Part shown: positions 28,151-38,676 of the stretch, one piece after another
How the letters are laid out: every line of letters begins with the position of its first letter
Position numbering within the stretch: position 1 is the stretch's first letter
Assembly (NCBI GenBank): GCA_018712565.1
Contig: DVGU01000030.1
Coordinates: 1-56,846 of the forward strand
Direction of reading: 5' to 3'
Origin: Candidatus Faecimonas gallistercoris
GTDB lineage: Bacteria > Bacillota_I > Bacilli_A > RF39 > UBA660
Length of the DNA stretch: 56,846 bases
Position numbers and translations under genes: made by a program
The notes under the pieces: generated by a model
Seen by the model: the letters and a program-made list of their open reading frames with translations, nothing else
Told to the model about the DNA's origin: nothing
The model's database searches: none

Positions 28151-29042
28151 AATGTTAGGAAGAAGCATTAGAGATGCCTTTAAAAGTGTAATAAGAAACT
28201 TCAGTTTATCATTAGCATCCATCTCTTGTATTACGATTACACTGATTATTGTAGCAATCGCTATTATGGCTTCATTTAATGTTCAAAATTTTACAAAAGA
28301 AATTGAAAAAGATTTAACAATAGTTATCTTTTTGGATAATAATACAACAGAAGACGAAGTATCCGAAATCAAGCAAGAATTAAGAAAAATACCAAATGTT
28401 GATAAAAAAAGCATAGAGTTCGCATCAAAACAAGATGTAAAGGAAAATATGCAAGATGAATCTGAAGTGTTTGACACTGTGTTGGATGAATGGAATGAAG
28501 AAGACAGTCCATTAAAAGATACATTTCAAGTAAAAGTTAAAAATGTAGAACAAATATCTAACACAGCAAAAAGAATAGAAAAAATAGATAAAGTAAATAC
28601 AGTAAGATATGGAGAAGGGATGGTAGATCAAATGGTTAGTGCATTCTCATCTATTGAGAAAGTAACTTATGGAGTCGTTATAGCTTTAGTAATAGTAACA
28701 ATATTCCTAATTATAAATACTATTAAATTAACAATTTCAGCTAGAAGACGAGAAATAGGAATTATGAGATTAGTTGGAGCAAGTAATTTTACAATCAAAA
28801 CACCATTTATTATTGAAGGAATGATTTTGGGTTTATTGGGTTCAATAATTCCAGTACTATTTACAACATATGGATATTTAGCATTTTATAAACATTTTGA
28901 TGGTTATTTATTCACACAATTAATACAATTGATAAAACCAGAACCATTCATATATTCTACAGCTGGAATAGTAGTAATAATAGGTATTTTAGTAGGTATG
29001 GTTGGTAGTGCCAGTGCCGTAAGAAAGTATTTAAAAATATAA
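28137..29042 (+). CDS. ftsX: cell-division permease-like protein FtsX
   Basis: Four TM helices with a large first extracellular loop. Overlaps the ftsE stop. Confidence 0.85.
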   Translation: MKIFRMLGRSIRDAFKSVIRNFSLSLASISCITITLIIVAIAIMASFNVQNFTKEIEKDLTIVIFLDNNTTEDEVSEIKQELRKIPNVDKKSIEFASKQDVKENMQDESEVFDTVLDEWNEEDSPLKDTFQVKVKNVEQISNTAKRIEKIDKVNTVRYGEGMVDQMVSAFSSIEKVTYGVVIALVIVTIFLIINTIKLTISARRREIGIMRLVGASNFTIKTPFIIEGMILGLLGSIIPVLFTTYGYLAFYKHFDGYLFTQLIQLIKPEPFIYSTAGIVVIIGILVGMVGSASAVRKYLKI

Positions 29043-30265
29043 TGAAAAAACATAAAATAATTGCACTTCTAGCGATAACTTCTGTAATAGCATCCTATAT
29101 AATACTACCTATGGATACGAAAGCAGAGGCAACTACACTAGCAGAATTTAGAGCAGAAGTAGAAAAATACACATCAGAGTTAGAAGAAAAACAAAATAAA
29201 GTTGCGAAAAATGATAAAGAAGTGGCTGAGATAAAAGAAAGAATTAATGAGATAGAAAAAGAATTAGATAATATAGTCGATGAAATAAGTACTCTACAAA
29301 CAGAAATAGATGAAAGTAATCAAGAAATTAAGGAAAAAAGTGAAGAAAGTAAAAAAATATTAGAATATTATCAACTTGCAAATGGTGAAAACGCATATCT
29401 AGAGTATGCTTTTGGAGCAACAAGTATAACAGAAATGATTTATCGTATGTCTGTAGTAGAACAATTAACTGAATATAACGATAAAGTAATGAATGAATTA
29501 GATGAATTGATTTCTAAAAATGAAAATCAAAAAAAGGAATTAAAAACAAAACAAGAAAATCAAAAAAATCTTCAAACAGAATTAGAAGAGCAAAGAGAAA
29601 AAATTAATGCTGATACAGCAGCATTAAAAGATGCTATGCCTGGAGTTCAAGATCAAATTGATTCTGCCAAGGAAAGTGTTAAATATTATGAAAGTATTGG
29701 CTGTGGTGAAAATGAAAATATAAATTCATGTCAATTACGTCACGATAGAGCAAATGCATCTAGTGGTGGCGGAAGTGGTTCTGGTGGTGCAGGAAACGTT
29801 ATGCCTCCATCAGCATCAGGATTCTATCGTCCAATGGAAAGTGGATATGTTACACAAAATTGGATGAACTATGGTCATCTTGGAATAGATCTTTCTAATA
29901 GTAATAAAACAATACCAGTATATTCAATCGCTAATGGAGTTGTTTTTGCAAAATATTATGATAATGCTGGCGCTCTAGTATTAAAAATTAGACATTATAC
30001 TGGTGGAAGGTATTTATATTCTACATATGCCCATTTATCTGCATGGTATGTTAATGTAGGTGATATTGTAACATCGAATACAATGATTGGTCGTATGGGA
30101 AATACAGGTAATTCAACAGGAGCTCATCTTCACCTAGAAATTACAACTTGTGATTGGCATGCTGGAGGTGGATGTACCTGGGGAACATATCAAAATAGTA
30201 CTTTAAATCCAAGAAGTTATATTGGATTCCCATCAGGTCTACGTTCATGGTGGTATGGAAGATAA
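29042..30265 (+). CDS. secreted coiled-coil M23/LytM peptidoglycan endopeptidase (EnvC/PcsB-like FtsEX partner architecture)
   Basis: Signal peptide, about 200 aa of heptad-rich coiled coil, G/S linker, intact HLGIDL (HxxxD) and GAHLHLEI (HxH). TAATG overlap with ftsX. Confidence 0.8.
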   Translation: MKKHKIIALLAITSVIASYIILPMDTKAEATTLAEFRAEVEKYTSELEEKQNKVAKNDKEVAEIKERINEIEKELDNIVDEISTLQTEIDESNQEIKEKSEESKKILEYYQLANGENAYLEYAFGATSITEMIYRMSVVEQLTEYNDKVMNELDELISKNENQKKELKTKQENQKNLQTELEEQREKINADTAALKDAMPGVQDQIDSAKESVKYYESIGCGENENINSCQLRHDRANASSGGGSGSGGAGNVMPPSASGFYRPMESGYVTQNWMNYGHLGIDLSNSNKTIPVYSIANGVVFAKYYDNAGALVLKIRHYTGGRYLYSTYAHLSAWYVNVGDIVTSNTMIGRMGNTGNSTGAHLHLEITTCDWHAGGGCTWGTYQNSTLNPRSYIGFPSGLRSWWYGR

Positions 30266-30540
30266 TAAGAAATAACAAAAGGAATAGAACTATGTCTATT
30301 CCTTTTAAAATTTTTATATTTCTTTCTATATAGTAATACAAAACAAATTTTTGTAAAAAAGAAAAAACTAACTTATTAAAATACTATATCTTTCCTAAGG
30401 AAAATTAGTATATCAAAAATAATTAAAAATAAAATATTGTATTTTATGAAATGAAATAGTATGATAAAAATAACAGAAAAGGAATAAAAGGGAATAAATA
30501 AAAAAAACGTCTCAAAATCTAAAGAAAAGGAAAGAAAGTT

Positions 30541-33063
30541 ATGCCAAGAAAAAAAGAAGTAAGAAATGAAAATGAATTTATTGATTCAGTTATTAATGCA
30601 ATTGAAGAAGTAGATACATTAAAAGAATTAGAACAAAAAATAGGAGAAGAGTTAACACCAGAAGTATTATCAAAAATTCGTCATCGTTTTATCACATTAA
30701 GAAAACAAACATTATCATTAGCAAGAACATATAGTACTAGAGGAGATTTAGACCTATCTATAGAACAAAAAGAAAATCTAAAAAATTTAAAAGATTTATT
30801 TGAAAAATTCAAAGATATGAAAAAAAATGAAAATAATAACCAAAAGCAAGAGAAAAAATTATCTTCTAAAAAAACAGTTAGCAAAATAGAATCTAGAAAG
30901 CAAAAAATAATATCTGAAATTGAAAGCATAAATCATTGGATATCATTAGAATCCAAACAACAATTTGCAGAGTATCAACAAAAAAGTATGTATGGGGACC
31001 GCTTAGATATATTAAAAAGGTTAACAACACTATATATTGAGTATATGGAAAAATTAAAAGTATATCAAAAAGAAACCATGGAAGAAATAATGGGAATTGT
31101 AATAGCAAATACAAAGATAGAAGGCAATCGAGCAACCACAAAAAAATTAGTATATGATACTCTAAATACAGAGGCATATAAACCATTTCAAGAAAAAATC
31201 CAATCTTTAATTGAGAAAAATAGAAAAACAAAAAGAATAATCGAAGACTTAAAACGATTACAAAACATAGAAAAAGAAATCATAAAACCTTATATGTATC
31301 CAGAACTTACTAATGAAGATTTAATAGAAAAACGTAAATATATAAGTCCTAAAAATGATATTGAGAAACAGTATCAACAACTTTTAAAAGGAATTATTTC
31401 AAGAAGATACGTAAAACAGTATAAAGATAAATTAAAGCAAGGACTTCCAGAAGAAATTAATGAAATGTTAGAAAGTTTTCAAAATTTACCTCCATACGAA
31501 TTAGAATCACTAATTGCCTTAGCAACAGATATTATAAAAAATAAAAGAAATAGAATTAAAAAAGGTTTTAGTGAAACAGGTGATTTAGAAAGAGATTTTC
31601 TAAAGAAACTTATAGATGAACTGAAGAAAATGCGTCCTATATATTATGAAGATGACGAAGACACTAGAGTGTATTATGATATATTAGATGTATTAATGCA
31701 AGACGATCGTAACTATAACTATATTAAAGAGTTATTAGAAATAGATGAATTTCGACGAGCTAGACAAGTATATAAAACTAGAGGAGGAAGACAAAAAAAC
31801 ACTAAAAAAGAACATATATTATTATTAGTATTGGATAATTTTATAAAAAATTATAAATTAAAACTAGTAAACCAAAATATAGAATACATAGAACCATCCT
31901 ATTATAAAGAAATAATAAAGTTATTTATTGAAAAACAACCAAACCTATATCCAGAAGAACTAGAAGAATATAGTCAAAGAATAGAAGAATTTAGAGATTA
32001 TATAAAAAATAAGAAGTATCATACTACAACCAATGTATTAAACGATATAGATGAAATAAGTAATTTTCATCCAGAGATACAATCAACACCAAAAGAAGAA
32101 AAAGAAAACCAGAAATTAAATCAAAATAGAAAAAAAGTTTATCAAGAATGTTTAAAATATGGAGTTTTAAAAAATAGAAAAAATGGAGTGATAGAGTATT
32201 ACCCTACAGAGACAACAAAAACATTTCAAATTCAAGGAACAACACCTTATGCCTTTTCTTTAAGATATTTACAAGATGGAAGACAAATGATAGGAGTTCA
32301 TATACTAGATACATCAAAGATAACTCAAGAATTAGATTTTTTAAATCAAGAACTACAACAAGGTAAGGTAAAATTACCAACTTTTAACCAAGAACAAACT
32401 TATCCAACTATCTCTATCCAAGGAATAATAGGATATAATAATGAAATAACTGATGAAAAAATAATGTCATCAAATATTAAAATTGATACTTACTATACCA
32501 AGGAAGATTTAGAGCATTATAAAATGATACCAGAATTAAAAGAAATGAGAAACTGGTTATATATTATCCAAAATAAATTAGATATAACTGAAAATGGAAT
32601 AAAAAATATAGTAAATAATTATCTATCAGAAGTAATATCTGAAAATTTTCAAACAGAAGGGATACCATTTATATATAAAACATCACTACCGCAAATGGAT
32701 AAGTTAATAGTAAAAAACCATAATGATACTTGTGTACTTCTTTCTAAAATGCCTAAAAAAACAGCTCATCAAATATATGATATCCTAGACTCTCAACAGG
32801 CAGGAGTTTACTATACACCTGAAAATATAAATGATGCTAAAATAGATTTAAGACCAGATACAGAATTAGGAGTATATTTGTTAACAACACTAAATAAAAT
32901 AAATGCAGGAAGATATAACCCAGATATAGCCCAGGAAGAAATAAAGAATTTATTAACAAAATATAATGATCAGAGTGAATATCTACCTCCTATTATTACA
33001 GAAAAAAATGATAAAAAAGTAAATCAAATGGTAAAAAAATATCAAAAAGTAGCACAAGGATAA
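30541..33063 (+). CDS. large K/E-rich hypothetical protein; the C-terminal ~280 aa resemble a degenerate RNB (RNase II/R) domain
   Basis: 840-aa uninterrupted ORF with an AAGGAAAG SD. IGVHILDTSK resembles the RNB motif GVHIADVS. The preceding Asp cluster is absent (TTPYAFSL). Confidence 0.6.
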   Translation: MPRKKEVRNENEFIDSVINAIEEVDTLKELEQKIGEELTPEVLSKIRHRFITLRKQTLSLARTYSTRGDLDLSIEQKENLKNLKDLFEKFKDMKKNENNNQKQEKKLSSKKTVSKIESRKQKIISEIESINHWISLESKQQFAEYQQKSMYGDRLDILKRLTTLYIEYMEKLKVYQKETMEEIMGIVIANTKIEGNRATTKKLVYDTLNTEAYKPFQEKIQSLIEKNRKTKRIIEDLKRLQNIEKEIIKPYMYPELTNEDLIEKRKYISPKNDIEKQYQQLLKGIISRRYVKQYKDKLKQGLPEEINEMLESFQNLPPYELESLIALATDIIKNKRNRIKKGFSETGDLERDFLKKLIDELKKMRPIYYEDDEDTRVYYDILDVLMQDDRNYNYIKELLEIDEFRRARQVYKTRGGRQKNTKKEHILLLVLDNFIKNYKLKLVNQNIEYIEPSYYKEIIKLFIEKQPNLYPEELEEYSQRIEEFRDYIKNKKYHTTTNVLNDIDEISNFHPEIQSTPKEEKENQKLNQNRKKVYQECLKYGVLKNRKNGVIEYYPTETTKTFQIQGTTPYAFSLRYLQDGRQMIGVHILDTSKITQELDFLNQELQQGKVKLPTFNQEQTYPTISIQGIIGYNNEITDEKIMSSNIKIDTYYTKEDLEHYKMIPELKEMRNWLYIIQNKLDITENGIKNIVNNYLSEVISENFQTEGIPFIYKTSLPQMDKLIVKNHNDTCVLLSKMPKKTAHQIYDILDSQQAGVYYTPENINDAKIDLRPDTELGVYLLTTLNKINAGRYNPDIAQEEIKNLLTKYNDQSEYLPPIITEKNDKKVNQMVKKYQKVAQG

Positions 33064-33082
33064 CGATAAATAATTAATAAAT

Positions 33083-33117
33083 AAAAATTAGACTTTAAAA
33101 TCAGAGGTCTAATTTTT
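33083..33117. terminator. bidirectional terminator
   Basis: AAAAATTAGAC / GTCTAATTTTT stem. Confidence 0.65.
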
Positions 33118-33126
33118 AACTTTTTA

Positions 33127-34157
33127 TTAAAACAAAGTAATTTTAACAGTATCTAAAGGATAACAATTTGGATTTTGTATTAAGGCATGTATAGTCTTTT
33201 TTAATTCCGAAGAATCGATATTAGGTAATGTTATTTTATCAAAATATAAATCCTCTGTAATAGAAAGTAAATGAGAAAAAATATAGTATTTCGCAACAGA
33301 TAACTTAAAATTAGTAAATACATAATCATAATAAGAAATATATTTTTTTAATACTTCATCTTCAGGAATATTTATTATCCTATCACGATATAAGTAAGAT
33401 ATCTTTGCCCATTTTTGGCTACAGATTTTACAGCATCAATACCACAAGTTTTTAAAATCTATAAAATTTGTTTAGAAGCCTTAAAATATTTTGCCAATAT
33501 ATTCATCTTGACAATTACCACGACTAAAAGATAACCAATTTTAAATACAAATATCATCAATGAAGTGATATTTTAATAAAAAATAGAGTCCTAAAAAATC
33601 AGCAATCGCTTCTTCACAAACAGGAGCGGTAGATATTTGTTCCTCTTTTTAGGAACTAATTCTTCAATAACATAATGCATTAATTCATGAGCTAGCATAA
33701 TTTCAGAAATTCCATGTGCAGTATATTTTTCTAATAAATAAATATCTTTTTGACAATGATAATATTGAGCTTGATATTCATTAAAATTCATAGCTTTAAA
33801 GTTAGACTTTTCAAAAGGATGTGGAAAAGAGTCTACAATTTGAATATTAGGTTTATCATAATTTGTTAATTGGAATTCCTCATAAAAGCAATCAATCATT
33901 TCCAAAAATAGCACATAAAAATTATCTTTTTCCATTGTAACAAAGTTTTTCTTAGAAGTTAAAGAAAGAAAAGAATTTCGCATAAGATTAATCTGTTCTT
34001 TCAAAAATTGCTGTTGAATAGCATCTAAATTCTTAGTAATTGGTTTCCCATCATCATCAATATATTTAAATATTTCATCGATTTGAGCAAATTTAGGATG
34101 ATTTAAATAATATACACCAATTAATAATTTATTCTTTTCTAGCATAATAAAATTCAC
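33127..34157 (-). pseudogene. HExxH (zinc metallopeptidase-like) gene disrupted by several frameshifts
   Basis: The intact 188-aa N-terminal ORF (33591-34157) ends just after AHELMHY. Protein-like reading continues in other frames (..APVCEEAIADFLG.., ..RDRIINIPEDEVLKKYISYYDYVF..) down to about 33127. Confidence 0.5.
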
Positions 34158-34337
34158 TTTCTTTAGTATATTGTATCATAAAAAAATAAAAGGGTTGTAA
34201 ATTCAAATAATTATTACTTCTAACTGAATCATTATAATTAATAATAAAAATAGAATGTTGAGAAGAAAAGATAACTAAAGAAAGTTACGTGTACTTAATT
34301 ATTTTAATCTGTTAGAATAAATTTGTGTGGTGATAAA

Positions 34338-35051
34338 ATGAAAGTACAGATTTTAGGAACAGGAGCGATATACTCAAAAAGAAATTGTGCTAGTTTAATA
34401 ATTGATAAAAAGATTTTATTTGATATTGGTCCTGGAACAATAAAACAATTATTAAAAGAAAATTATGATTTAAAAGAAATTAATACTATATTAATATCTC
34501 ATCTTCATTCAGATCATATCTTAGATTTTCCAATATTTATAGTTAATTTAGAAGTTTTAAATATAAATCACAAAGTAAGAGTTATAGGACCAGTTAACAT
34601 GAAAGAAAAATTATTAAAACTATTAGAGCTGATGTATGGTAATTATTTCGATAATTTTATAAATAAAAACTTTGAATTTATCGAAGTAAAAGAAAACAAC
34701 TATGATATTCTTTATAATAACTATAAAATTAATATGTTAAAAGTTAATCATGAAGGTATTGAAGCATATGGCTTTATAATTAATGATAAACTAGGTTTAA
34801 CTGGAGATAGTTCAATTTGTGATGGTGTTCAAGAAATCTTTAGCAATAGTAAAGTAATAGTAGCAGATTGTTCTTTAATAAAAGGGGATAATTACCATAT
34901 GGGATTTAATGATATAAAGAACCTGTTAAAAGAAAATAAAGAAAAAATAGTAATGGCAACTCATTTAAGAGATGATACGAGAGAGTTATTAGTAGCTAAA
35001 AAAATAAAAAATTTTAATGTTGTAGAAGATGGTTATTATTTTGATATTTAG
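34338..35051 (+). CDS. MBL-fold metallo-hydrolase
   Basis: ISHLHSDH (HxHxDH) motif. ATG 34338 is preferred over the upstream TTG. Confidence 0.7.
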   Translation: MKVQILGTGAIYSKRNCASLIIDKKILFDIGPGTIKQLLKENYDLKEINTILISHLHSDHILDFPIFIVNLEVLNINHKVRVIGPVNMKEKLLKLLELMYGNYFDNFINKNFEFIEVKENNYDILYNNYKINMLKVNHEGIEAYGFIINDKLGLTGDSSICDGVQEIFSNSKVIVADCSLIKGDNYHMGFNDIKNLLKENKEKIVMATHLRDDTRELLVAKKIKNFNVVEDGYYFDI

Positions 35052-35061
35052 GAGGAAGATT

Positions 35062-35532
35062 ATGCTAGAAAAATTAAAAGAAAAATATATATTTTTTGAT
35101 GTTGATGGAACATTATCAGAGTATAGATACAATGATAAATTATATAGTGGTGCATGTCCTGAACTAGGATGCCAAACTTTAGAAGATTTATTATTTTCTA
35201 ATCTTTTCTCTAAAGCAAGACCCTTAAAAACAATGCAAAAGATAGTTAGTAATCTAGATTCTAATAAAGTATTTGTATTAGGAACAATAGTAACAAATAA
35301 TGAAATAGAACAAAAATATTCTTGGTTAAAAAAGAATTATTCTACTATTAAAAAAGAAAATATTTGTTTTATTTCAAATACAATGTTAAAACCAGAAGTA
35401 ATAATAGAGTATTGTAAACACTTAAATATTAAGAAAGAGGATGTAGTTTTTGTAGATGATAGATTAGATATCTTAAGAAAAGCAGAAGAACTAGGAATAA
35501 CTTCATATCACCCAAGTTCTTTTATGGAGTAA
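35062..35532 (+). CDS. HAD-superfamily hydrolase (nucleotidase-like)
   Basis: FFDVDGTL (DxDxT) motif and late VDDR. ATG 35062 follows an AGGAGG SD. Confidence 0.6.
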   Translation: MLEKLKEKYIFFDVDGTLSEYRYNDKLYSGACPELGCQTLEDLLFSNLFSKARPLKTMQKIVSNLDSNKVFVLGTIVTNNEIEQKYSWLKKNYSTIKKENICFISNTMLKPEVIIEYCKHLNIKKEDVVFVDDRLDILRKAEELGITSYHPSSFME

Positions 35533-35826
35533 AAATAAAATATATAATAATTAAAATAAATATAGCTGCTTTGAATAGAAATTTTACTATTTCTAGATTT
35601 ATTAAGTAAGGTAGGAAAAATATCACGAAATAACGCACTTTCCCTTTCTTGTTTTATAGAAAAATAAGTGTTAAAATATGTTAATAAAAAACATCTAGTA
35701 TTATGAAGTAATTGTGACTGAGATTCGTATTTATTCGTTTTCAAAAAATGGTATTAAAAGAATACGACTTTTTCAACTAAGAAAACAAAATATTTAGTTG
35801 AACATGGTCATAGTAAGGAGGTCAAA

Positions 35827-37779
35827 ATGTTTAAATTAGAATCAAAATTCAAACCATCTGGAGACCAACCTGAGGCAATTAAAGAATTAGTAGAAGGAAT
35901 CAAAGAAGGCAAGAAAGAACAGGTTTTACTAGGAGCAACAGGAACAGGAAAGACTTTTACAATTGCCAATGTCATAAAAGAAGTAAACAAGCCTACTCTA
36001 GTTTTAGCTCACAATAAGACACTTGCAGGGCAACTTTACTCAGAATTAAAAGAATTATTCCCAGAAAATAGAGTTGAGTATTTTGTCTCATACTATGACT
36101 ATTACCAACCAGAAGCATATGTTCCATCAACAGATACTTATATAGAAAAAGATTCATCTATCAATGATGAAATCGACGAACTTCGTCATGCGGCAACTAG
36201 TAGCTTATTATCCCGTGATGATGTTATTGTTGTTGCTAGTGTTTCTTGTATCTATGGTATTGGAGAAGTAGAAGAATATAGAAATAAAATGTTAACGCTA
36301 TCGGTTGGAGAAGAAGTAGAAAGAAATGAAATATTAACAAAGTTAGTAGAAATGATGTATGAGAGAAATGACTTGGACTTTAAACGTGGTACTTTTAGAG
36401 TACGTGGAGATATTGTCGAAATCATCCCTGCCTATCAAAATACAACAGGATATCGAGTAGAGTTCTTTGGAAATGAAATTGATAGAATTAGTGAGATTGA
36501 TACATTAACAGGAGCAATTATTTCAAATAAAAAGAATTTAAGTCTCTTTCCAGCCAGTCACTTCGTAGTTAGTGATGATAAATTAAAGGCCGCAATCGTT
36601 CGTATTAAAGAAGAATTAAAAGAAAGACTACAAGAATTAAAGGATAACAACAAACTACTAGCAGCAGAGCGTCTAGAACAAAGAACCAACTATGATATTG
36701 AAATGTTAGAAGAAACAGGTTTTTGTTCTGGTATTGAAAACTATTCTGCACCAATGGCTGGAAGAAAAAAAGGAGAAACTCCAACAACATTAATGGACTT
36801 CTTTCCAAAAGACTATTTGTTAGTAGTCGATGAATCACATGTTACTTTGCCACAAGTTAGAGGGATGTACAATGGAGATAGAGCTAGAAAAATGAATCTT
36901 GTAGAATATGGGTTTCGTCTTCCAAGTGCTCTAGATAATAGACCATTAAAATATGATGAGTTTGAAAAAAAGATAAATCAAGCAATCTATGTATCTGCAA
37001 CACCAGGAGATTTAGAATTAGAACATACTGGTGGAAAATATGTAGAACAAATCATCCGTCCAACAGGACTACTAGATCCAACGATTGAAGTGAGAAAAAC
37101 AGAAGGACAAATTGATGACTTAGTAGGAGAAATTAAAGATAGAATAGAAAAGAATGAAAGAGTCTTAGTAACAACATTAACAATACGTATGTCAGAAGAA
37201 TTAACAAATTATTTAAAGGAGTTAGATATCAAAGTAGCCTATCTTCACTCAGAAATAAAAACACTAGAACGACTTCAAATTATTCACGATTTACGCATCG
37301 GAAAATATGATGTCGTAGTTGGAATTAACTTATTACGTGAAGGAATTGATATTCCAGAAGTCTCACTGATCGCTATACTAGATGCGGATAAAGAAGGATT
37401 CCTACGTAGCAGCCGTAGTTTAATTCAAACAGTAGGACGCTGTGCCAGAAATGCAAATGGTCATGTTATTATGTATGGAGATAAAATTACTGACTCTATG
37501 AAAGAGACCATAGAAGAGACAGCAAGACGTAGAAAAATTCAAGAAGAATATAATAAAAAACATGGAATTACGCCACAGACGATTAAGAAAGAAATTAGAG
37601 AAGTTATCAGTAACATTGATGAAAAAGCAGCAGAAAAGCCAAAGAAGATGACCAAGAAAGAATTTGCCAAAACAGTAGATGCAATCGAACAAGAGATGAG
37701 AGAGGCAGCCAAGGCATTAGACTTCGAACGTGCTATGGAATTGCGTGATATTCTATTTGAAATGAAATCAGGAAATTAA
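35827..37779 (+). CDS. uvrB: excinuclease ABC subunit B
   Basis: [13 protein letters not shown]-terminal UVR domain (FERAMELRD). Confidence 0.98.
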   Translation: MFKLESKFKPSGDQPEAIKELVEGIKEGKKEQVLLGATGTGKTFTIANVIKEVNKPTLVLAHNKTLAGQLYSELKELFPENRVEYFVSYYDYYQPEAYVPSTDTYIEKDSSINDEIDELRHAATSSLLSRDDVIVVASVSCIYGIGEVEEYRNKMLTLSVGEEVERNEILTKLVEMMYERNDLDFKRGTFRVRGDIVEIIPAYQNTTGYRVEFFGNEIDRISEIDTLTGAIISNKKNLSLFPASHFVVSDDKLKAAIVRIKEELKERLQELKDNNKLLAAERLEQRTNYDIEMLEETGFCSGIENYSAPMAGRKKGETPTTLMDFFPKDYLLVVDESHVTLPQVRGMYNGDRARKMNLVEYGFRLPSALDNRPLKYDEFEKKINQAIYVSATPGDLELEHTGGKYVEQIIRPTGLLDPTIEVRKTEGQIDDLVGEIKDRIEKNERVLVTTLTIRMSEELTNYLKELDIKVAYLHSEIKTLERLQIIHDLRIGKYDVVVGINLLREGIDIPEVSLIAILDADKEGFLRSSRSLIQTVGRCARNANGHVIMYGDKITDSMKETIEETARRRKIQEEYNKKHGITPQTIKKEIREVISNIDEKAAEKPKKMTKKEFAKTVDAIEQEMREAAKALDFERAMELRDILFEMKSGN

Positions 37780-37780
37780 T

Positions 37781-38614
37781 ATGGACAAGTATAAAAAAGT
37801 CTATATTGAAATCACGAATTGCTGTAATCTAAATTGTTCTTTCTGTTCAACTGTTACAAAAGATAAGCGCTTTATGACAGAGCCAGAGTTTGAACATATT
37901 CTAAAAGAAGTATCTAAAGTGACAAAAGTTATCTATCTTCATGTGAAGGGAGAACCATTACTGCATCCTAAAATAATAAAGTTTCTAGAGTTAGCAGAAA
38001 AGTACAACTTAAACGTAAATATCACAACCAATGGAACATTATTTCCAAAGTTAGTAGATAAATTAAAAAACTGTAAAGCTCTACATAAGATAAATTTTTC
38101 TCTTCATTGTGAACAAAATAATACAACCTATGAAGAAGAAATATTTAAGAATGTGGAAAAGTTATCCGCAGATACTGTGATTATTTATCGTTTATGGACA
38201 TTAAAAGATAATAAACTAGATAAAAAATCCACAAAAGTAGTGGAAAAATTAAAAGATTATTATCATTTATCCACAGGAACAGTGGAAAAACTACAAAATG
38301 AAAACAATGTAAAAATATCATCCACAATATATGTGGATAAAGACAATGAATTTATCTGGCCAGAAATTACAAATCACAAAAGTTGTGGATATTGTCACGC
38401 ACTAAAAACACAACTCGCAATTTTATCAGATGGAACAGTAGTACCGTGTTGTCTTGACAGTAATGGTATAATTAATTTAGGAAATATATTTAAAAAATCC
38501 ATAGAAGAAATACAAAATACAAAAAGATACCAAAAACTAAAAAAGTCTTTTCAAGATAGAAAGCCATCAGAAGAACTATGCAAATCTTGTACTTTTAAAG
38601 AAAAAAATAATTAA
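37781..38614 (+). CDS. radical SAM protein with a SPASM-like C-terminal Cys cluster
   Basis: CCNLNCSFC (CxxxCxxC) at residues 14-22. C-terminal CGYC...CC...C..C. The ATG lies 1 nt after the uvrB stop. Confidence 0.75.
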   Translation: MDKYKKVYIEITNCCNLNCSFCSTVTKDKRFMTEPEFEHILKEVSKVTKVIYLHVKGEPLLHPKIIKFLELAEKYNLNVNITTNGTLFPKLVDKLKNCKALHKINFSLHCEQNNTTYEEEIFKNVEKLSADTVIIYRLWTLKDNKLDKKSTKVVEKLKDYYHLSTGTVEKLQNENNVKISSTIYVDKDNEFIWPEITNHKSCGYCHALKTQLAILSDGTVVPCCLDSNGIINLGNIFKKSIEEIQNTKRYQKLKKSFQDRKPSEELCKSCTFKEKNN

Positions 38615-38662
38615 AGAGTGATAAAGTTAGAAAAATCATTCTTTTTCTTTTTGTTCGATTGA

Positions 38663-38676
38663 CGAACAAATGTTTC
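38663..38676 (+). promoter_or_regulatory. LexA (Cheo) box upstream of uvrA
   Basis: CGAACAAATGTTTC fits the B. subtilis consensus CGAACRNRYGTTYC. It overlaps a putative promoter (TTGACG 38659-38664, TATAAA 38681-38686). Confidence 0.6.

Noticed and set aside
35533-35826. LexA box upstream of uvrB, and the 78-aa minus-strand ORF 35508-35744
   Set aside because: No CGAAC-N4-GTTYC match was found by eye; the closest candidate, TTCGTATTTATTCG, does not fit. The ORF has no SD and an implausible composition.
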